A stretch of DNA of 64,000 nucleotides from Octopus sinensis (Eukaryota): the NCBI RefSeq assembly GCF_006345805.1, contig NC_043000.1, forward strand, positions 44,950,001 to 45,014,000. Direction: 5' to 3'. Numbering within the stretch: the stretch's first letter is position 1; every line of letters starts with the position of its first letter. The notes below the pieces were generated by a model. The model saw nothing but the letters and a program-made list of their open reading frames with translations, made no database searches and had not been told where the DNA came from. A program made the translations under genes and the position numbers. This document shows positions 1 to 10,805 of the stretch, one piece after another.

Positions 1-538
1 TTTTAAATATTTAGGTATATATGTTTCACAAAGCTGTTGGAAACGAACCTAAGTAACAGGAATTAACAAGTGAGTGAGGTAATGGTGCAAGGGGAAAATG
101 TTTGCAAAATAAAATGTCAACAGTATCTGGTGACGATAAAAATATACGATAAATTTATTGTTCGTATATAAAATTTTGTGTTCACGCGTATGTTAATTAA
201 AATTACTGATAGTAAATTAGATAGAAATAGATTAAGCTGTATTAAGGGTAAATGATAAGAGGAACTACCAAATATTCTTGCATGGCATTAAAAAAGCAAA
301 CCTATGCACTCAGAATACCACGATAAATTTTCAATTTTGAAATAAAGAGATAATTAAAGCGAAAAAGTAACTCGATTTTTAAAAATGACAGGAGTTATCA
401 CTGAAAAACTAGAGAATAAGATTCGAAGGGAATTTTAAATGATTTCAGGCAAGGACAAACAAAAATATATTTCATTATAAAGTAAGCTAAAAATGCTAAA
501 TTAAAAGTATTAACGCATGATTCAGCCAGCTAATCCCC

Positions 539-567
539 TTAAATAATAATAATAATAAATAAATAAA

Positions 568-612
<45 letters not shown>

Positions 613-735
613 TAATAAATAATAATAATAATAATAAATAATAATAATAATAAAAATAATAAATAATAATAATAAATAAATAATAATAATAAATAATAAT
701 AATACTAAATAATAATAAATAATAATAATAATAAT

Positions 736-767
<32 letters not shown>

Positions 768-857
768 TGAATAATAGATAATAAATAATGATGATAATAA
801 ATAATGATGATAATAATGATGATGATAATAATGATGATGATAATAATGATGATGATA

Positions 858-888
<31 letters not shown>

Positions 889-910
889 GGAGGAGGAGGA
901 GGGGGATGAC
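539..910. repeat. (AAT)n grading into (GAT)n/(GAG)n trinucleotide microsatellite
   Basis: Directly visible; explains the poly-I/Y/L/S ORFs 496-1035 and 539-1000. Confidence 0.97.
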
Positions 911-1210
911 GATAGGTAGCTGAGTATTTTGTCTGTCATGTTGGAAATCTCGACGACTGAATATCCAGAAGTGATCGAGAATATATGAAGTTTCATGCAT
1001 ACACGTGCATTATTGTCTACAAATGTATATGCCATTAACTGGAGCGTCCGAGTACATATTTACAAATTTAGCATATTCCTGGAAACTGGTACGTACATAT
1101 GAATTGCCCGGAGAGTGTTTAATATGCAAAATGGTCTGTCCAAAAGTATTAAACAGCTACACTTAGTGGCTATTTAAGTACTGTGTTCCTGTATGGTTAA
1201 CGGGCTGGAT

Positions 1211-1256
1211 GTGGTACTGAAGAAGCGGCAATAACTCCTGAAATATGCATATACAC
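1211..1256 (+). ncRNA. Minimal type I hammerhead ribozyme motif, slightly degenerate
   Basis: Stem I gtg(g)ta 1211-1216 / tacac 1252-1256; core CTGAAGA 1217-1223; stem II agcgg/ctcct (4 of 5 pairs); GAAA 1240-1243; stem III within palindrome atatgcatat; cleavage triplet ATA 1249-1251. Confidence 0.55.
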
Positions 1257-1511
1257 ACCCATTACCTATATCCATATACACCCATATTCTATCTTTGATT
1301 GCATTATTTACATTGACGTATTCGTTTGCAAAGCATCGCAACTTTTACTGTTGGCTCTAAATTCTATAGAATATTTATAGAGATAACTTAAAAGTAATGG
1401 AATCACACTGCTAACACAAAAGTTAGGACTTATAAACCTTTATTACACTTGCTAGTATATTATGGTTGCTAAACAAAATACTGTGTCCCCACCAGCAATT
1501 AATACTTATAT

Positions 1512-1909
1512 ATCTTTTATCGTTTATTTGTTTCAGCCATTTGACAGTGGCCGTGCCGAAGCACAACATGAAGAGTTTAGTTAGAAAAAAAGCAACCCCA
1601 ATTTTTATTTTTTAAAGCCTGACACTTATTATCTTTTTGACGAACTGCTACGTTATAAGGATATAAACAAACATATACCGGTTGTCAAGCAGTCTGGAGG
1701 CAAACACAAACACAAGTCACACTCCCTTCCACAGCCCCCACACAGACACAAACTCACTCATACGTACACGACGGGTTCCTTTCAGTTTCCGTCCGTCAAA
1801 TGCACTGACAAGGTTTTGGTCGGCCCAGGACCATAGTGGAAGACACTTTTTCAAGGTGACGCGTACTGGGACTGAAACCAGAACCAGATAATTGAAAAGT
1901 AAACTTCTT
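1512..1909 (-). mobile_element. Degenerate SINE family A copy (tRNA-derived, internal microsatellite)
   Basis: Collinear similarity to the reverse complement of 2664-3120 (ctttcagtttccgtc...caaggt...gggactgaa). Confidence 0.8.
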
Positions 1910-2632
1910 GGCATACTTTACGATACATTTTACATTTCCTTCTACGTTTGCTTTGCATATCGTGTCCAGTGATGCTACTAAGTATAGCAAAATTACACCA
2001 CTATACTGGAAGCAAACTGGATGGTGATATTTCTGTTGAGCTCTAAACTCAACAGTAACTGTCATACATCTAAGTATACACGCGGGATCCACTATGTGTA
2101 TGTGAGTGTATGTGTGTGTGTGCATCTGTGTGTATATGTATATATGTACACACACAGAGATATACATATGTATATATATATAGATATATATCGTCAGTCC
2201 ATCCATCTATCCATACATATATACATACATTGCCTTGCATATATATATATATGTGTATTCTTATCTAAGTTGGACATTATATGCACTCAAGTGTTTTCCA
2301 TCGCCGATACTCAAATCTGACTTGCAGATGTGAGCAGTTTTCATACTAACATATGCAAACTAATTCACTCACTTGTCTTAGCATTTTATCATGAGGACCG
2401 TATTATCTTCTCAATACAATGCTAATACAGGTAACTGAATCTATGTGTAAACCAAATACGAGCCAACTGTAAACCATAATCCGAATACGGTGTTACCAAG
2501 CCAAATAGTTAACTGCATATATTTCCACTTAGATAAATTTTATATTCATATACCTCTGGGCTGGGATGTATAGATATTTGTGTCTGTGGGTGAGTGTGAT
2601 TGAAAGAGAGTCTAATGAATATTTATATATAT

Positions 2633-2854
2633 AGGCGCAGGAGTGGCTGCGTGATAAGTAGCTAGGCGCAGGAGTGGCTGTGTGGTAAGTAGCTTGCTTG
2701 CCAACCACATAGTTCCGGGTTCAGTCCCACTTCATGGCACCTTGGGCAAGTGCCTTCTACTATATCCTGGGGCAGACGAAAGCCTTGTGAGTGGATTTGG
2801 TAGATGGAAACTGAAAGAAGTCCGTCGTATATATGTATATATATATATATATAG

Positions 2855-2907
<53 letters not shown>

Positions 2908-3120
2908 TATGTCTGTGTTTGTCACACCATCATCACTTGACAACCGATGCTTGTGTGTTTACGTCCTCGTAACTTAGCGGTTCGGCAAAAGAGACAGATA
3001 GAATAAGTACTAGGCTTACAAAGAATACGTCCTGGGGTCGAATTGCTCGACTAAAGGCGGTGCTCCAGCCTGACCGCAGTCAAATGACTGAAACAAATAA
3101 AGAAGTAAAGAGTAAAAGAG
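2633..3120 (+). mobile_element. Full-length SINE family A with duplicated 31-bp head
   Basis: tRNA-like head (ggagtggctgtgtggtaag...ggttcagtccc), internal (TA)n(TG)n, tail ggcggtgctccagc...ctgaaac plus taaaagag repeats; several other copies in the window. Confidence 0.92.
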
Positions 3121-3125
3121 TAATA

Positions 3126-3992
3126 TGAGGTGGTATCAAAAAGTTCCCGAACTAGTTTGTAGCGCACCAACATGTGGCAGCACACAGTTGCGTGCGCAGT
3201 GAGAGCTTGCAGTGACCTTCACGAGGCAGTGAGTTAAATGACATCACTGTGTATATTTAGCAAGTTGGGAAATTTGTGCTTTAGTGATCACGTTCATGCA
3301 GTGGTTAGTGTTTTTCTCATGAACAAGAACAAAGAGCCAACATATTTTGCGTTAAACTTGGAATGTCTGCTACAGAGACATAGAGCATGCTTCGGCAAGC
3401 TTACGGTTACGAGGTGAAGGGTAGTACGCAATGTTTCGAGTGGCACGGGAGTTTCAAAAGCAGAAGAGCGTCCTTGAAAGACGATGAGCGATCTAGAAGA
3501 CATACTACGAGCGTCACCTTCGAAAATGTTGATAAAATTTATCAACTTGTACATGAGGATCGTCGGAGGACACATCAAAGACGTTTTGAAGCTTTTGAGA
3601 GAGGGCAACCGGATCTGTGGAACATGAAGAATTGTTTTTTTTCTCGACGGCAATCCAGCCTGTCACCGAGCTGTGCTCACTCATGCGTTTCTCTCCAAAA
3701 ACCACATAGTATTGCTTCTGCTCCCGCCCTCTTCGCCAGATTTAGCACCAACGGATTTCCAACTCTTCCCCAAGTGGAAAATGCAGCACAAATGTCAGCG
3801 TTGTACCACCGTTGTCAACATCAAGAGTTAAGGTCCTCGACTCGCCTACGGGGGACGACTTTCAGGTGGGAACGCTGGGACCGGTATAACGCTGTTCAAG
3901 GTAACAATTTCGAAGATGATATTAAAACTTAGGTAAATAAGATATTTTCTTATTAAACATAACTAGTAAGGGAAGTTTTTGATACCACTTCG
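3126..3992 (+). mobile_element. Internally deleted mariner element with TIRs and TA TSD; transposase pseudogene
   Basis: TA-tgaggtggtatcaaaaagttcc ... ggaagtttttgataccacttcg-TA. Remnant peptides EQRANIFCVKLGMSATET*SMLRQAYG...FEWHGSFKSRRASLKDDERS, LPPSSPDLAPTDFQLFPK (YSPDL motif) and RWDRYNAVQGNNFEDD. Confidence 0.93.
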
Positions 3993-4063
3993 TATTTATT
4001 TATATATATATATATGTGTATATATATGCATGTCCTTGTGTATAAGTACAGACGTACACACAT

Positions 4064-4094
<31 letters not shown>

Positions 4095-4132
4095 CACATT
4101 TCACGCATAATTATACATGAATATGTTTATAT

Positions 4133-4180
<48 letters not shown>

Positions 4181-4341
4181 TGTATACATATATATAACTA
4201 AACGTTTCAACTACATGTACTTATCGTGCTACTCATAGTTTCCCGTAATTGAAACGTATAACAATATTGAACTCTAATTAGATCAAGTACTCTTCGCATT
4301 GGCTTTTACTCAGTTAATTTCTTATATATATAAGACTTTCC

Positions 4342-4377
<36 letters not shown>

Positions 4378-4382
<5 letters not shown>

Positions 4383-4640
4383 TGTGAATGTGTGTCTGTC
4401 TGTTTGTGTGTTTCCCTAAAACTTGAGAACTACACAACCAATTTCATTCAAATTTTACTCATGCCTTACTTAGGGTCTATGTAGTTTCGTGGGCAAAAGA
4501 AATGTTCAACTTCTTGCCTAGAGCGGACCCATAGCAATATGATATCTTCTCCACTATTTCAGTATTACGTGTTAAAAGTGAAACAAAAACATTTCTCTAT
4601 TTTATATCAGATGCTTTCACTTTAACAATAAAAATTAAAA
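4378..4640 (+). mobile_element. Probable 5' part of a non-autonomous Helitron-like element
   Basis: Starts at the end of (TA)n with tatataaaactg, then a short gtct/gttt repeat and gagaactacacaaccaatttcattcaaatttt, a layout typical of non-autonomous Helitron 5' ends. No 3' CTRR end found. Confidence 0.45.
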
Positions 4641-5157
4641 TAACTATTGAATTATATGTAGTAAGTAATAATTAAAATCAAACTAAAGTATAATATAATC
4701 GTAACATAACAAAAGTAAAAATAGCAACTGGTATAAAATTGCATCAATGACTTGAAGTTGAATAAGTGGTTTCACATAAATGGGAATAAATTAAAAATAA
4801 AATTAGCGTGCAGAAATGGAATAGTCCAGATGGATAATAAAAAATTAAATTAAAGAAAAGTCTATTGTCTATAAAGTATATAATGTAGTGAAAAATAAAA
4901 GATTTAAACACCTGGAGGAAAGCAACATCGAAAAGTGTCTTGGTGCGACTATGAAAGATATCTAACCAGAGGCGGTAATTTCGCCACAATAGAAGCAAGG
5001 TTCGAGTCAACGGAGCGTGTAAGGGAGTACTCGACTCGAACTTGCAAAGTGGAAATATTTTATTTTTACCTTTATATCTGGGACGTAGGACGTCCCGGAT
5101 AAAAATTTTAAATGTCCCTCCAGAAGTAGTTGTAGGCTGGATTTTCCTGTGGAACGA

Positions 5158-5232
5158 TCACACTGACGAGTCTACGGACGAGAGATTACATAAGTGATTC
5201 ATTCGTTAATAGGCGAAACAGCCGGTCTGTGA
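5158..5232 (+). ncRNA. Type I hammerhead ribozyme with intact catalytic core
   Basis: Stem I tcaca 5158-5162 / tgtga 5228-5232; CTGACGA 5163-5169; stem II gtcta/taggc extended by gacga/tcgtt; GAAAC 5215-5219; stem III AC/GT; cleavage triplet GTC 5225-5227. Confidence 0.85.
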
Positions 5233-5500
5233 GTAATTCTGGTTTTTTACATAATTTTCATCTGTCTTGCCTACATATTGTTCTGGTGTCCGCTGAATTT
5301 TCCTCTAGAGAACATTCTTTTCTTTGTAGTTTGATCGTAGGTGATCTACTTCTAGCATACGGCTGACTACCTAGTGGTTTTTTAGCTCTTTAAATATACA
5401 CATGTATCAGAATTTTCTTTGATTTTTCAGATTTTTGTATGCTAGGCTACTGGTTTTAAATTGATATTAATTAAATTAATATTCAATTTATCTCCCTCAA

Positions 5501-5566
<66 letters not shown>

Positions 5567-6244
5567 AGAGAGAGAGAGAGAGAATGTTTTTGTCGTAACA
5601 GATATAAGTATATCAAATTCTGAAGAATCTATTATTATTAGGTGTATTCTGTACGTTGTTATTTCAAATGTAAGTTGAGTAAGACTATAAATACATAATG
5701 AAAAACTCGAAATGCTCAATAAAGAAAAATGTCTATTTATAACTATTATCTAAAAACAATATAAGATGGTAATAAATGAAAATAAATATATAATACAGAA
5801 TGGAATTTAATTTGGAAGTGAGGGAGGGAACACAAGACTAAAGTTCAAGCAACCACAATACAATGGGTTTAAAGTTCAGCAAGAAAAAGGAAAAGAAAAA
5901 GCAGTTCCACTCACAACCAGAAATGACAGCTGACTAGAAGATAAAGATACTTTATATATTAGCTTTAACATACTCAAAGTAGAAGATATTTATTTATTTA
6001 AGTAGAGAAACAAAGAAATAAAAGAGGGAACAGAAAGAAAATAGACAGTAAATATATACGAGGTTCTAAAAACGCTTTTGTAACTGATTTTCAACATATC
6101 ATTTACTAAAAAAAGAATAAGGAAACTCCTTGACATTCAATAAATGGAGGGAATAAACGATTATCTAACTATTACTGATTTTGTGTTAAAACGCGATTTT
6201 CAACATCTTAGGGTCTAAGATTAAGTTGCTTAATAAACTAATAT

Positions 6245-6247
<3 letters not shown>

Positions 6248-6289
<42 letters not shown>

Positions 6290-6645
6290 TTTTCTCACTC
6301 AGACACCCACGCACGCATACATACACATGCATACACACACACACATTCATATACACACACACATGCATATACTCACGCAGATACACACACACAAGCGAAA
6401 AATGTCTGCACCAGCGCATATGTAAATCAAATATATTGAAAGTTGTAAGCAAAATAGCTATGTTAATCACTTCATAAACGTGGCACTTTCCATCATACTA
6501 GCTAGAAGACTTAACCAGACAGAATTACGTGTAGGAGTAATCTATCGACGAAGCGTTAATGTGCGGCATTTCATTTGTATATATATGCATCTATGTATAC
6601 ATACACTCATATACATATATTTATATATAAACGCATATATATATG

Positions 6646-6686
<41 letters not shown>

Positions 6687-6913
6687 ATAAATATATGTAT
6701 ACGCATATGTATGTGTGTGTATATATATATATGTATGAATGTATATGTATATATATATATATACATATATGCATGTCGATATATACATATACAATTATAT
6801 ATGTACGTATATACATGTATATATATATATATATGTGTGTGTATATATATACATATATATATATACACATATATATATATATACATGTATATACGTACAT
6901 ATATAAATGTATG

Positions 6914-6947
<34 letters not shown>

Positions 6948-6967
6948 AGTGTGTGTGTGTGTGTGTG

Positions 6968-7008
<41 letters not shown>

Positions 7009-7015
7009 GTATAGT
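6248..7015. repeat. Compound (CT)n/(CA)n/(TA)n/(TG)n microsatellite region
   Basis: Directly visible; source of the YI/CV/HT ORFs. Confidence 0.93.
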
Positions 7016-7549
7016 GAGAGCGGAAGGGAATTTTTTCTTCAATATATTATAGTTTGGATATAGAGTTTTTGCAGACGTATATGTCCTTTTCTTTCTTTAT
7101 AAAAGACAAAGTTTGTCATTTCCCGTTTTCATAGCATGGATTCCATATTATTAACATCAAAGAACCCATTTTTGTTATTTGACACAACGCCAATTTAATA
7201 GCATTAGGAAACTCTTTCAATCTTCAACAACACTAGTATATGCCTAGAAAGATTTAACCCTTTAGTTTCTCTGTTTATAGCTAGTCTAAATGCATAGAAG
7301 TTTCTGATGATTCTAAAGACGTTATAAATCCAACGCACACCATTATATTAGGTCTGAAAAGATCATTCTGCTATGTATAATTGAACCAATATATTGCTTA
7401 TTCATGGTAGAGGACTGAATCATGTAATAATAAATAACTGTTCTATTTCTTCTCTGTATTATACGCTGTAATCTTCATTTGACATTGTTTTTGGTGCATT
7501 TGCTGTTTCTGTTAACATCAAAGGATTTATGTATATACATACATACATA

Positions 7550-7592
<43 letters not shown>

Positions 7593-8013
7593 TAAATATT
7601 ATTACAATACAATAGTATTATTTTCCAGCAAAAAGCAACGTAAAGGGTGAATTATAAATAGTCAAATGTGGCACAACAAGGCACCAATATTTGCTGGAAA
7701 TAGCAGTCTATAACCTGTACGAAACTATGTAAAACTTCACTGAATGTATAGAGGCAAGCTATGTGCGGGTGGCGAACGTAAAAAAAAAATTCGTCTTACC
7801 TCTAGGAGAAATGCCAGAGATATGGACAACTTAGTACTTGAGTTTCGGACTTTCTAGAATATCTGGTTAGTCTTCGTCAGTTAGGTTCACCTATGACAAA
7901 ATTTAAAATAATCTGCTACAGCAATGCCAATACACTCGGCTGATAACCCAAGCTGTAAAAGATTTTAAATATTATTACAGTACAATATTGTTATTGTATT
8001 GTAATAATGTTTA
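7593..8013 (-). mobile_element. Hammerhead-bearing ~373-bp unit bounded by direct repeats with a terminal inversion (PLE pseudo-LTR or retrozyme-like)
   Basis: taaatattattacaatacaata at 7593-7614 and 7966-7987 (one mismatch), inverted copy at 7992-8013, hammerhead in the middle. Confidence 0.6.
7828..7887 (-). ncRNA. Type I hammerhead ribozyme motif, stems partly degenerate
   Basis: Minus strand reads aacctaa-CTGACGA-agact...agtcc-GAAAC-tcaa-GTA-ctaagtt. Core intact; stem I has 2 mismatches, one adjacent to the cleavage site. Confidence 0.7.
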
Positions 8014-8785
8014 TAATTTTTTAATATAAAACTATTCACTGATCTCGGCTCAGTTTATGGTCTTGTTGTGCCACTATCATACACACATACACCCACACGT
8101 ATGTGTATTTAAACACTTACACAAACATATACAATGTAATTGACTGTTTACAAAAAGATTGTTATTACGACTAATTTGTTTAGAAAGGGTAATCTTAATG
8201 AATGCTTGATTCTAATTTGTTTGTAGATGTAAGAAATGATGACAATATCTTCTTTATCTTAATTTTCTATTTGAGTATCTGAAATCTTAATGGTGGATTT
8301 ATCACTCATACGTTTCATATGAATATTGTGGATTTTTTTTTATCTTTGCAATGGCGTCGGCTTCAAAATTATATTCTTTTAATGAACTTTAAAATCAAAC
8401 TCACTTCATTTTCATTGATGTTTTGATAAATGCTCCATTTCCTGAAAATTTCTTACCCTGGCTCCCAGTTTGAAATGGAAAAAAAAGTTGAAATAATAGT
8501 ATTACGTTCATATAAACTTGAATATATGAAGACATATACTATAATACATGAGAGTCTGAAGTCTGTAAATAATAATTTTTATTTCATAACAGATTTTCTT
8601 CAAATGACTTTCACATGAAATCTAACCAGAGTAAAACCATACTTGAAAATTGAAAATAATAATAATTATTATTATTATTATGATAATTATAATTACGGAG
8701 ATGTACTTGCATAACAAGTAACTTGATCTGAGATCGTGTGCTGGAACGAAAACAATTGTAGCATGGAAGGTGTTTATAAGCCATT

Positions 8786-8941
8786 TAAGAAACACAAAAA
8801 CCGTTAGATTCACTTCAACATTTAAATTTAATTTGTCGAAATATTTTCGTCGAACAGGTCACGGTCTCAAAGCGACGAAAATATTTTGACAAATTAAATT
8901 TAAATGTTCAAGTGAATCTAACGGTTTTTGTGTGTTTCTTA
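8786..8941. repeat. Fold-back inverted repeat, ~67-bp arms and 20-bp spacer
   Basis: taagaaacacaaaaaccgttagattcacttcaacatttaaatttaatttgtcgaaatattttcgtcg (8786-8852) is nearly the exact reverse complement of 8873-8941. Confidence 0.92.
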
Positions 8942-9014
8942 GATAATTATAATAATATTCATTATTAAATAATGTTTTTCTAACTACATATTTTATTCTC
9001 TTTCAGTTAATAGA

Positions 9015-9140
9015 TGCGGAATCATCACAGTCTTGGGCGAAATGTGTCACAATATATATCCCTGCTCTTCTGTTCTGAGTTCGAATCCAGCTGAGGCTAA
9101 CTATACATTTTATCTTTCCATGGTCAATAACACAGTGCCA
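9015..9140 (+). mobile_element. Very degenerate SINE family B fragment
   Basis: gggcgaaatg...tctgagttcgaatcc...gagg matches the family B head. Confidence 0.45.
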
Positions 9141-9534
9141 ATCCAGAACGATGACCTGGCTGAATTATAACAGTGTTGGACAAGACATCTTCAGATATTT
9201 TGTTCCAACTCTTTATGTTCTAATTTCAAATCACAGTAGTCTTCTTCCGTTACAAACTGAATCTTTCGCCCAATTTAACACCACCACCCCGACTTTGAAT
9301 GATTTTAGCTCAGTCCACTGAGTTGCATGCATTTGGACCAGGTTTCATGTTTGAAGATATCTTTCTCTATTCCATTCACGAGTCTTGGATCCCTAATTAA
9401 TTGTCAAGAGCACTGCCGTTCCTGCTCACTAAGTGATGAATTAAAATTACCTTTGTATTTGATATGCTGGCACTCACCTATTGGCTATAATTAAAGGCAT
9501 TGTTAATCCATTTGTTCTTCAGGTATAACTGACC

Positions 9535-9830
9535 CTCCATCTGTTACGACAACATGGATTCTAGCCGATTCAATGAACAGAACAGCCTGCTCGCGAAATT
9601 AACATGGAAGTGGCTGAGCACTCCACCAACACATGTATCCTTAACATTGTTCTTGGGAGATTTAGCATGACAGGGTGTGACAAGGCCGTCACGTCGAAAT
9701 ACAGATTGAAGCAACAAAAATTAAAGTGTCTTCCTCAAAGACAATGCACTGCCAGATATCAAACTCACAACTTTACAATCACGATCTGCATACCCTAACC
9801 ACTAAACCACTTTCCTTCAGTTATAATATA
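9535..9830 (-). mobile_element. Diverged SINE family C copy
   Basis: Shares aacagcctgctcgcgaaattaac...gtggctgagcactcc...gtgacaaggcc with 13403-13698. Confidence 0.75.
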
Positions 9831-9894
9831 TCTAGGACACCATTATTACTGAATATGATCTCTTAAGTGTTATTTTAGGGCGATTTTGCTCACT

Positions 9895-10805
9895 CACTGT
9901 GTCAGAAAATGGTTTAAATGTAAAACTGTATCTTAAGCTACTGCCATGATTTCACTGCTTACTGGAGAACTAGAAGTATAAATTATCTAATTTATAAACG
10001 TTTCTATCGTCTGTTGGTTCAGATAGGTTTCAGACATATTTGACATGTAAAAGACCATTTTTTGTGGGTTGGCATGGAGAAATAATTCTCACATTTGGCA
10101 AAAGGTGTACCAGAGCAAAAACATTTGACAAGCTTCTTATGCTGTCATCACTATTAGATACTAGGTGGGACAACTGCAAAATAAATGACAGATTTCTCAT
10201 TCTTATAAGAGTTTAGAAGAACTTAATTGATTGCATACTATGACCACCAGACCAGACCAGAACAAAATATTTGGTTCGCAGTCGAAACTGTTTTGTGAAA
10301 TAAACAAACTTCGATCGATTCACATATTTAATATGTGAAAAGTTCATTTTAACTGTGATATGCCTTAGAAAGCAATTATTATTTCAGACAAAAGGTTTAA
10401 GACACTAGGGCCACTTTGTAGTGACCCTATGGATTAATATTTGCCTTTCAAGCTACGTGTGCTCTCACCAGAATTAGATGTCAAGTGGGACAACTATGAA
10501 ATGAATGGAAGCTTTCACTTCCTTATTAGACATAAGTAGAAATTACCTACTCACTGCATACTATGACTCCTGGGCTGGAACAAAATTACATAGTTTTGAA
10601 GTGATTGATAAATGCGTTTATTTCACAAAAATGCTTCATGTGCCAATCATGTATCTTGCTCTGTCTTGATAATAATGACAATGATGCCATCGATGAATAA
10701 TACTGCAGTTTATTAGGAACTGTGTCAGAAAATGGTTAAAATGTAAAACTGTATCTTAAGCTACTGCCATGCTTTTCCTGCTTACTGGAGAACAAGAAGT
10801 TTACT
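9895..10805. repeat. Diverged tandem duplication cluster (A 9895-9985 / A' 10722-10805; B ~10125-10275 / B' ~10448-10595)
   Basis: A and A' are near-identical (ctgtgtcagaaaatgg...gctactgccatg...gcttactggagaac). B and B' share ttagat..gtgggacaact and tgcatactatgac..gaacaaaat. Confidence 0.85.

Noticed and set aside
270-545. Possible R4/Dong LINE remnant (WH*KSKPMHSEY resembling WxxKPMHGQY, ending before (TAA)n)
   Set aside because: Only one short, stop-containing motif, and the distance to the tail is too short; not enough to call.
496-1035. 179-aa and 153-aa hydrophobic ORFs
   Set aside because: They are translations of the (AAT)n/(GAT)n microsatellite.
4203-4257. acgtttcaa/ttgaaacgt inverted repeat with a GAAAC-GTT half hammerhead on the minus strand
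   Set aside because: No CUGANGA core and no stem II.
4999-5008. B-box-like GGTTCGAGTC
   Set aside because: No A-box or cloverleaf; better explained as a hairpin arm.
6186-7063. Many YI/CV/HT-rich ORFs here and throughout the track (16.1, 20.4, 21.3, 23.8, 35.6, 56.7, 62.1 kb)
   Set aside because: Dinucleotide and tetranucleotide repeats lack stops in some frames; these are not proteins.
7800-7890. 91-nt minus-strand segment with good splice sites, considered as a coding exon
   Set aside because: Stops in all three frames; it is part of the hammerhead-bearing unit.
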